This document shows, one piece after another, positions 26,101-35,628 of a stretch of 40,062 bases of DNA (its first letter is position 1; each line of letters opens with the position of its first letter). The notes under the pieces are model-generated. The model ran no database searches and was not told the origin of the DNA. It worked only from the letters and a program-made list of their open reading frames with translations. The stretch lies in sequence record DRR723986_10657. One strand, given 5' to 3'. Both the position numbers and the translations under genes were made by a program.

Positions 26101-26954
26101 ACTGAGCCGCTAACCGTTGTGTACCAGTTCGGTTGCCCGACATGATCCAGAATTCGGCTGCTGTACGCTGGCGGCACTACTGTACCGAACACGCCATGTT
26201 GCAACTGAAACTCAAAGCTATTGTTGGGCCTGTCGGTTTCAACCGTATTGCCCGCCACCCACTGCTCGGCATCATAGCCTTCGGATGCACCAATACGTCC
26301 AACATATGCGAGCTGTTCTGTTACGACACGCGTGACCGCCGGATGTGAGTTTCCAACGTCATCTTCGGTGAACAAGATTGGTGCATAAGCGTGTTGCGGC
26401 CAAACATTTTCCACCCAAGGAAAAACGCTAACGCCGTCGAGCAATTCCCAGCCAAGGGCACCACCATCTGGCAAGCCGTCGTCATCGCCGTCAATATCCA
26501 TATTCAGAGATGGCTGAACATCTGATTGCACGATCAGATATGTGCTACTGCCTGCATGAATTGAGTTGCTTGCATCATCGGCAGAAAAACCGGGAACGCC
26601 GAGAAAGCCGTCGGCACCGACAAACGTCGTGGCGTCGCTGGAAATTGTAAAGCCGTTTCCAGCCTGAACAAAAACCATCAACCCGTTTTGCCCAAACTGC
26701 TTTCCACTTAGATCGATGATCGTGTGGACATCGCCCAACTCATCGACGCCATCGGCACTCTCGATACCGAGAAAATAAGTTCCTGCTGGCACCGTCGCGT
26801 TGGGTTCACCGCGAAGCTCAACGAACTGGTCCGTACTCGCGTCACCGAACAAAGGGTCATAGTGTATTTCGTTGATATACGCCGCAAGGAGACGTCGATC
26901 TTCAAGGCCCTCTACTCGAAGCCTGCGATTGGGCCTGCGGTTGGAACGAAACAT
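23181..26954 (-). CDS. Large extracellular protein: planctomycete signal, LTD-like domain, SdrD-B-like domain, 5 cadherin-like repeats, CADG/He_PIG Ig domain, dockerin-like tail
   Basis: RRLRVEGLEDRRLLA, YINEIHYDP, VSGSVFQDSNLNAVQDAGE, five (L/I)(D/N)(Y/F)E...DxN(D/E)xP units, LPTWISFD...LSGTP and twin DANGDTAVTPIDALVIINYIN / DINADNFVTASDVLIVINHLN. Start probably ATG 26954 (ORF open to 27005). Confidence 0.88.
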   Translation of the reverse strand: MFRSNRRPNRRLRVEGLEDRRLLAAYINEIHYDPLFGDASTDQFVELRGEPNATVPAGTYFLGIESADGVDELGDVHTIIDLSGKQFGQNGLMVFVQAGNGFTISSDATTFVGADGFLGVPGFSADDASNSIHAGSSTYLIVQSDVQPSLNMDIDGDDDGLPDGGALGWELLDGVSVFPWVENVWPQHAYAPILFTEDDVGNSHPAVTRVVTEQLAYVGRIGASEGYDAEQWVAGNTVETDRPNNSFEFQLQHGVFGTVVPPAYSSRILDHVGQPNWYTTVSGSVFQDSNLNAVQDAGEVGLADVDVFLDSDGLFGGSFHRESIIADDYDEGDIVNNISSNVTLTTAGDSNQHHGFDITIDDKVFTEPERGQQFAHSGVGFFSENRRLRMDFYRPAREVSANFIGNSTLTDVYGRLEIYNAEGQSLGFLRTQALRADQEQTLTIGSAAGDIAFAVAYSNDSYRDSSPFGRIDAIAFELPQQTTTTNADGGYAFDRVPSGSHFVSITPPDGYRVQTPVSGRHEFNTTDEVQLTDKHFALAGGEPPRFEDTTLTPSEAHDIGTSIGGLNLELGYPHQKLTAEFLSGNEDGLFEFDFTNRRLILTGAGLDYETATSHQLVMKLVDTTDSELFAEATVTVNVADANDAPVVDFFSASIAENPGTGAVVGTVTASDEDAGENGEFDFSFATGNEAGAFAIDAQTGVITVADPRPIDFESMPSFVLALRATDRRDSSVFGQRSITINLEDVNEAPSIPEQTVRSSEALEAGATVGFVTHSDPDAGQSLSWEILQPAEPAFTIHPGGELRLLPGTSLNFEETQSYEMVIRVSDSGEPALQAEQTVTLQVVDANDPPKIENQTFGVSEATASGEVVAKVAASDEDADQQISFEWVSGPDSLFELSSDGEISLEEDAKLDYELLDSYQVVVRAVDSFSPPATAEATLTIRVDDANDAPELVDAAIDANENGIAGTVVATIVANDQDAGDSHTFSIVSQSEDWFVFGENGQLLVRDGADINFEASSSAQVVVEVQDAQGAADQHTFTVTVQDLNDAPQVANAIADQEAEVGEEFVYTIPSGTFIDEDEGDSLQFRAVDGDGFSLPTWISFDVETLTLSGTPSASDSGELQVRISAFDDDLAFASDTFSINIIDNQFPWHNAGSALDANGDTAVTPIDALVIINYINAGNVSQVPNNTPPEQGWLDINADNFVTASDVLIVINHLNAEAEGEGLSNRDAYFGDLSQPSDVDEEEAILQLILDNYRLNS

Positions 26955-27234
26955 GGCGTGGTCTCGGTGGAAGTCGGGATTAACGTTAGCTTTTCGTAAT
27001 CCCACCTACGATAACAAGCTCCGTCCCGGATCGCAATTTGCCTAGACAATTTGTGCAAGTGCCAATTTGGTGTTTCCCACACAAGGGAGGGGCCATTTGA
27101 AACCAGTTGCTAGGAAAATCGCCGTTAGCGCCCAGGGACACTTTGACGTATAAGGAGACTCTTTGAAACGATCACCAAGCAATGAGGGCTACTAGGGCGC
27201 AAGCACCTAGCTCAACTAACGGGAATTAGCGACA

Positions 27235-27831
27235 GTGTTCTCAGAACTCGATTCACTCGTCAGCGTTACCTGCTCCATCCTGGCCCTGGGATCAACGGGC
27301 TATTTTTGGTGGGTGCGAAGCAACCAAGAACGACCGAGCATGTCCGTTTACTGCTGTAAGCCGATGGTCGGGGCTGTGCTGATGCCGCAGGAAGACTACT
27401 ATCCGTTTCAACAACTGGTCGAACTGAAGGACGGTCATTGGGCTCGATACTCAGCTCGATTGGTGGTCTGCAACCAGAGCATTCTTGCGAATTCAATTGT
27501 TGCTCTTCGAACCGAAGTCTGCTCGTCAGAAGGAAAGTGGGAGGCTGCTCATTTTCGGCTGCCCCCTGAGGGCCCGAACTCCGGCGAAGTACGAGATTTT
27601 CCAATCACCGTGGGCGGAACGTCAACGACGATCGTCGACGGCGTTCTTTACCTGCCAGTCTCTGAACGTGGCTCGACCAGAGACGACCGAGAACGCATCG
27701 CCGCTGCGAGACTCCACAAGAACCAGCGTCTCAGGATTGACTTGCACTGCACCGAAGGCGGCCGCTTTCAGTTGTCCGTCGACGTATCTCCAGTCGCCGC
27801 AGATCCACTCGTAAGGCCAATTAACGGCTAA
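27235..27831 (+). CDS. Hypothetical protein with N-terminal membrane anchor
   Basis: 198-aa GTG-start ORF filling the gap between two clear genes. One hydrophobic N-terminal helix; no recognisable family. Confidence 0.6.
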   Translation: MFSELDSLVSVTCSILALGSTGYFWWVRSNQERPSMSVYCCKPMVGAVLMPQEDYYPFQQLVELKDGHWARYSARLVVCNQSILANSIVALRTEVCSSEGKWEAAHFRLPPEGPNSGEVRDFPITVGGTSTTIVDGVLYLPVSERGSTRDDRERIAAARLHKNQRLRIDLHCTEGGRFQLSVDVSPVAADPLVRPING

Positions 27832-28027
27832 AAGTGGCTGCCCAAAGCCAGGGCAATTGCGAGAAAGCTTCGGGGGGCAGGGGATTTGCCAAGCAACATC
27901 ACTTCTCAAACGCCCCAATCGCACCTTTCAGCTATAATATGAGGTGCCGGAAAGCAGCCGAGGCTGAGCTACCGCGCAACGTCTTTTCTATACAGTTTGA
28001 ATTGTCACTGGCATCGATACTGTAAAT

Positions 28028-30360
<2,333 letters not shown>

Positions 30361-30364
<4 letters not shown>

Positions 30365-31686
30365 AGAAGCTCAGCAGAAGAACGGTTCTCAGGGGCGTCG
30401 GAACCGCCATAGCACTCCCGATGCTTGAAGCAATGGCCCCGGCGCACGCAGCGGCAAAGAAGGCACCATTGCGGACAGTATTCTTCTACGTTCCCAATGG
30501 CGTCCACATGCCGGATTGGCGTCCGGGCGGATTGGGTCGCGGCTACGAAATGCCAAAGACGCTGCAGCAGCTTGAAAAGCACCGTGACAAATTCAGCGTG
30601 CTCACTAACCTGGCCCTTGACGGAGCCAAAGCACACGGTGATGGACCTGGAGATCACGCGCGAAGCTGCGCTTCCTTCCTGACCGGTGCACATCCGAAGA
30701 AAACAAATGGAGCCGATATTCGTAACGGAATTTCTATTGATCAAGCATTGGCTCAGTCACTTAATGGTCAAACGCGGTTCCCATCACTGGAGCTCGGACT
30801 AGAAGCCGCAAAACAATCTGGCGGCTGCGATAGCGGGTATTCATGCGCATACCAGTACAATTTGTCGTGGCGGAATGCAACCAGCCCAGTTGCCCTGGAA
30901 CGGGATCCAGCCTCCGTCTTCGAACGACTATTTTCATCGGTGCAAGGTGAATCGGAGAACGCAAAGCAAAGCCGCCGCTCCTCGCGGAGAAGTGTTCTTG
31001 ATTTCGCACTCGAAGACGCAAAATCACTGAACCAAAAACTAGGCGCATCGGATCGTCGAAAGCTGGACGAATATCTTTATGCAGTTCGAGAAATCGAAAA
31101 TCGACTAGTCAATTCTGAGAAACTCTCGGTGGGCGAAGGCGGTGTGCCGAACTATCCCAAGCCATCGGGAGTCCCCAAAGACCGGACCGAGCACTGCCAA
31201 CTGATCCTGGACATGATGGTCCTGGCACTGCGTACAGACAGCACGCGAATTTCAACGATGATGTTCGCCAAGGAAGGCAGCAACTGGAACTATCCAAACC
31301 TCGGCATCCAAGAGGCGCACCACGGGCTAAGCCACCATGGCAAGAGCCCCGAGAAACAAGAGAAAATCGCCAAGATCAATCGCTATCACATCGAACAGTT
31401 GGATTACTTGCTCACGTCACTGGATAGCGTCAACGAAGGCGGCGAGTCGCTCCTGGACAATACTCTGGTAGTCTACGGGAGTGGCATCAGCGATGGCGAC
31501 CGCCACAATCATGATGATCTGCCCATCATCATGGCCGGCGGCAATTCTCGGATCAAACAAGGCAGACACATCGAATACAAACGACAAACGCCACTGTGCA
31601 ATCTTTACCTATGGCTGCTCCGGCAACACGGCAATCGTGCCGACAGCTTTGGCGATTCAAACGACGTACTTGATCAGCTAACCTAG
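30361..31686 (+). CDS. DUF1552 family protein (Tat-like signal)
   Basis: LSRRTVLRGVG...LPMLEAM, YVPNG, GPGDH, CDSGYSCAY, HHGLSHH and DGDRHNH. ATGA overlap with the DUF1592 gene. Confidence 0.93.
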
Positions 31687-31748
31687 CCCCAACAGACTCG
31701 GGGTACGCAGGACCCAAGGTGGCTGAGCACAGTGCCGGGCTTGGTCAG

Positions 31749-31781
31749 ATAAGCTCAGCAGGTGAATAAGCTCAGCCGTGA
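31749..31781. repeat. Imperfect 17/16-bp tandem repeat upstream of hemC
   Basis: ATAAGCTCAGCAGGTGA followed by ATAAGCTCAGCCGTGA, with an inverted core copy (GCTGAGC) at 31722-31728. Confidence 0.65.
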
Positions 31782-31908
31782 ATTGCCACTTTCACTGCCG
31801 CGAGGGCAACATTCATTTGTGACCGATTCTGAAAACGCTCTCAAGGGAGTACAATTCCGGCTTCAATAGCATGCCCGGAATATCCATTCCCCTCTCGGAG
31901 CAGAAACG

Positions 31909-32820
31909 TTGACAATTCGCATAGGCACGCGCGGAAGTAAGCTGGCGATGTGGCAGGCGGAGTGGGTCAAATCGCAACTTGAAACCCGCGGCCACGACGT
32001 CGAGCTTGAGATTATTTCTACTAAGGGCGATACGTCCACTGCGTCGCTTAGCCAGGTCGGTGGACAGGGCGTTTTCACGAAGGAGATTCAGCGTGCTCTG
32101 CTGGACAATCGTGTCGACGTCGCCGTGCATAGCCTGAAAGACCTGCCGACGGAAGTCATTGACGGTTTAGAGATTGCCGCGGTCCCAGAACGAGAGACAA
32201 CAAAAGACTGCTTGATCAGCCGCGAAGGCACCGCGTTTGCCGATTTGCCCTCTGGAGCGCGGGTTGGCACAGGAAGCTCTCGGCGCGGTGCACAGTTGAA
32301 GTCGTGGCGTCCTGACATCGAAATTGCCGACATCCGTGGGAACGTCGATTCCCGCCTCCGCAAACTCGACGAAGCCCAATTCGATGCGATCATCTTGGCC
32401 GCGGCTGGACTAACTCGGCTCAAGCTTCAAGAACGCATCACTGAATTTCTCCCGCAAGACCGCATTCTTCCCGCGATAGGGCAGGGGGCTTTGGGACTGG
32501 AATGCCGCTCTGAAGACACAGAGGCAAAACAAGCACTCCAAACACTGAACCATCCCGAGAGCATGGCTGCCGTCGTTGCGGAAAGGGCTTTCCTGGCGGC
32601 ACTCCTAGCAGGCTGCCTCGCACCGGTTGCTGCTGCAGCAAGTGTCAAAGAAGGGCAGCTTCATTTGCAAGGACGTGTTCTCAGTAAGGACGGAGAGCAA
32701 GTGCTAGATGGCACAAAGGATGGTTCCGCAGAAACAGCGGCGGACGTTGGCATTGCTCTGGCCGACGAACTCCGCAAGCAGGGTGCGGAAAAATTAATCG
32801 CAGAAGCTCGAGCTGATTAG
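31909..32820 (+). CDS. hemC: Hydroxymethylbilane synthase (porphobilinogen deaminase)
   Basis: IRIGTRGSKLAMWQA, GVFTKE, AVHSLKD, GTGSSRR, IRGNVDSRL, PAIGQGALG and cofactor Cys in AGCLAPV. TTG start with GGAG upstream. Confidence 0.97.
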   Translation: MTIRIGTRGSKLAMWQAEWVKSQLETRGHDVELEIISTKGDTSTASLSQVGGQGVFTKEIQRALLDNRVDVAVHSLKDLPTEVIDGLEIAAVPERETTKDCLISREGTAFADLPSGARVGTGSSRRGAQLKSWRPDIEIADIRGNVDSRLRKLDEAQFDAIILAAAGLTRLKLQERITEFLPQDRILPAIGQGALGLECRSEDTEAKQALQTLNHPESMAAVVAERAFLAALLAGCLAPVAAAASVKEGQLHLQGRVLSKDGEQVLDGTKDGSAETAADVGIALADELRKQGAEKLIAEARAD

Positions 32821-32890
32821 CCAGCCGCAAATAGTCAACCGTGAATAATCAGTCGTACACATCGAGGGCCTGCCGTCACGCGATGCCAAC

Positions 32891-33877
32891 TTACTCATAA
32901 ATTGGGTAAAAGCATCCAAACGCCTGCTCACAAAAATCGCCGGGATCGTTGAATCGACGATTCTGATTCAACGCACTGATCTGCGCCATTTGGTCATCGC
33001 TTAGCGAAAAATCGTACAGCGCGATATTCTCGGCCAGTCTCTTCGGGTTGGAGGTTTTTGGAATCACGGCCGTCCCGCGTTGTACGCCCCACCGCAAGAC
33101 CACCTGAGCAGGTGATTTTCCGTGTGCTGCCGCAATGTCTTTCACAACGGCCTGCTCCATAACAGAATCAGCGGCGGTTGCCATTCCCAACGGCACGTAG
33201 GATGGAGCACCTAAAGGCGAAAACGCCGTGTAGGCGATATTCTCTTGCTGGCAGTATCGCAAGAGCTTCTCTTGAGTCAGATACGGATGCGATTCAACCT
33301 GAAGAACAGCGGGCCGAACACTCGCATAGGACAGTAGGTCACGAATTAAAGACACACCAAAGTTACTAACTCCAATGTGCGCCGCTAAGCCCTCGGCGTG
33401 CAACTGCTGCATGGCTTCCCAGGTTTCTCGAATCGAAACCGTGTCCGTCTCCATCCGCGGCGATTCTCCGTCTGGATCGAAGAACCACCCGGGTGGATAC
33501 CTTTGCTCGATCGGGACATGCTTTAGCGCTATTGGAAAATGCACCAAGTACAAATCAAAACGCTCAATCCCCAAGTCATCTAAGGAGCGCTGAGCCGCAG
33601 GCCGCACATGTTCAGCGTGATGATAAGTGTTCCACAGTTTGCTCGTGATCCACAACTCATCGCGTGTACACAATCCATCAGCAAGTGCTCGCCGGATTCC
33701 TTCCCCGGCCTCTTTTTCATTTCCGTAGTCGCAAGCCGCGTCTAAGTGACGATATCCGGCCTTGATCGCTGCATAGACCATGTCTGCAGTTGCGGCATTG
33801 TCAATTTTCCAAAGACCAAGCCCAACTGTGGGAAGTTGTGCTCCGCCTGCAACCGTAATCGTGGCGTGTTCACTCAT
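32891..33877 (-). CDS. Aldo/keto reductase, xylose-reductase (AKR2)-like
   Basis: GLGLWK, YRHLDAACDYGNE, TSKLWNTYH, LVHFPIALKHVPIEQRYPPGW, VIPKT and RRFNDP. Confidence 0.9.
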   Translation of the reverse strand: MSEHATITVAGGAQLPTVGLGLWKIDNAATADMVYAAIKAGYRHLDAACDYGNEKEAGEGIRRALADGLCTRDELWITSKLWNTYHHAEHVRPAAQRSLDDLGIERFDLYLVHFPIALKHVPIEQRYPPGWFFDPDGESPRMETDTVSIRETWEAMQQLHAEGLAAHIGVSNFGVSLIRDLLSYASVRPAVLQVESHPYLTQEKLLRYCQQENIAYTAFSPLGAPSYVPLGMATAADSVMEQAVVKDIAAAHGKSPAQVVLRWGVQRGTAVIPKTSNPKRLAENIALYDFSLSDDQMAQISALNQNRRFNDPGDFCEQAFGCFYPIYE

Positions 33878-33937
33878 CTACGTGTTAGCTCTATGTCAGG
33901 GGAAAAGAGGCGTGCGCCGGCTCCATCGAGCCGGAAG

Positions 33938-35512
33938 CTATTTCTTCTTTTGGCGAATCTTGGCGCTAGTGGGGTTATCTCGTCCGCCACGCATCGACGC
34001 AGGCGGGTCTTGAGCGGGCACGTCATACATCGTCCTCAACCGTGCCATCTCCGCCAACAAACGAGCCTGCTCGGCAGCCAAAGCCGGCTGACCGTACTGG
34101 CTCTGCATTTCGCTCGGATCCTTGGCTAAGTCGAACAGCTCCCATTCGTCGACATCATTTTCATAATAGTGAATCAATTTGTATCGCCCGTCCGTAACGC
34201 CGTAGTGGCGACGAACATCGTGCCACCCAGGATACTCGTAGTAGTGGTAGTAGAACGTCTTACGCCAGTCGTCAGGGGTTTCACCGTTGAGCAAAGGGAC
34301 CAGACTGCTGCCATGCATGTCGCTCGGCACTTCACCGCCCGCGACATCGATGAACGTTTCAGCAAAATCAAGCGGTGAAACGATTAGATCGTTAACCGAG
34401 CCCTTCTCTGTAACTCCAGGCCACTTGACGATCAATGGCGTACGAAGCGACTCCTCATACATCCAACGCTTGTCGAACCATCCGTGATCTCCGAGATAGA
34501 ACCCCTGGTCCGAGCTGTAGATGACGATCGTATTGTCCGCCAAGCCCGATTCGTCCAGAAAATCAAGAACTCGTCCGATGTTGTCATCTACCGATGCAAC
34601 GCACCGCAAATAGTCTTTCACGTATCGTTGGTATTTCCACCGAACAAGATCCTTGCCCTGCAAATTGGCTGCTCGAAACGCCTCATTCTTCGGCCCATAA
34701 GCTGCGTTCCACGCCTCAAGCTGCTCCGCCGTTAGGTTCGTCGGTGCAACCAGTTTGAGGTCTTTCGGTGTCATCGTTTTTTCGATCGACATATCCTGAG
34801 TGCTAGCCGGGGAGGCGCGTCCGGAATAGTTGTCAAAAAGCGTCGCCGGTTCAGGAATCGTGACATCATCGTACATGGTTAGATGCTTCGGGCCCGGTTG
34901 CCAGTTTCGGTGCGGCGCCTTGTGCTGGTACATCAACATGAATGGCTTTTCTTTGTCACGCGATTCATCAAGCCATGTTAGTGCTAAATCAGTGATAATG
35001 TCCGTCGTATATCCTGTATGCGATGTACGCTGCCCATTCTTGAGCATCGGCGGGTTGTAGTAGGGCCCCTGACCGATGAGCACTTCTGAGTAGTCGTAGC
35101 CCTGCGGCGGCATGTGCTCGCCAAGGTGCCACTTGCCAATGACCGCGGTTTGGTACCCCAATCCTTGGAGCACCTTTGGAAACGTCTGTTGGTTTCCATC
35201 AAATTTGTTGCCGTTGACTAGAAACCCGTTGGAGTGCGAGTATTTTCCCGTCTGAATGACCGCTCGAACGGGACCGCAAATGGAATTCGGAACATAGCAT
35301 CGCCGAAACAGCATTCCTTCGCGAGCAATACGGTCGATGTTCGGCGTTTGATTGATCTTCGAACCGTACGCGCTGATGGAATGAGAAGCGTGATCGTCGG
35401 TGAAGATAAACAAGATGTTCGGCTGTGCCGCTTCCGCGTCCTTAGCCACAACAATACTAATGAATGCACCAACCAGAACGGCAAGCGTCCCGATATTGCT
35501 CTTAAGCTGCAT
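33938..35512 (-). CDS. Secreted Cys-type S1 sulfatase (GlcNAc-6-sulfatase-like)
   Basis: [17 protein letters not shown] (CxPxR), [25 protein letters not shown] and YYHYYEYP. Start moved to ATG 35512, ahead of the signal peptide. Confidence 0.92.
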   Translation of the reverse strand: MQLKSNIGTLAVLVGAFISIVVAKDAEAAQPNILFIFTDDHASHSISAYGSKINQTPNIDRIAREGMLFRRCYVPNSICGPVRAVIQTGKYSHSNGFLVNGNKFDGNQQTFPKVLQGLGYQTAVIGKWHLGEHMPPQGYDYSEVLIGQGPYYNPPMLKNGQRTSHTGYTTDIITDLALTWLDESRDKEKPFMLMYQHKAPHRNWQPGPKHLTMYDDVTIPEPATLFDNYSGRASPASTQDMSIEKTMTPKDLKLVAPTNLTAEQLEAWNAAYGPKNEAFRAANLQGKDLVRWKYQRYVKDYLRCVASVDDNIGRVLDFLDESGLADNTIVIYSSDQGFYLGDHGWFDKRWMYEESLRTPLIVKWPGVTEKGSVNDLIVSPLDFAETFIDVAGGEVPSDMHGSSLVPLLNGETPDDWRKTFYYHYYEYPGWHDVRRHYGVTDGRYKLIHYYENDVDEWELFDLAKDPSEMQSQYGQPALAAEQARLLAEMARLRTMYDVPAQDPPASMRGGRDNPTSAKIRQKKK

Positions 35513-35628
35513 TGGATTCCCCGCAAGGTATGACACAAGGCCCGCAGTTGCACGATCGTACAACCTATCTCGCGACGAATTCTAACCCAAAGCAGCTCAA
35601 GATTGGAGGCTACGCATAAACGTCGATA

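Noticed and set aside
27921-27947. TATAAT (27933-27938) flanked by an imperfect GCACCT/AGGTGC inverted repeat upstream of the DUF1592 gene
   Set aside because: Plausible promoter, but there is no convincing -35 and the repeat is short, so it is not called.
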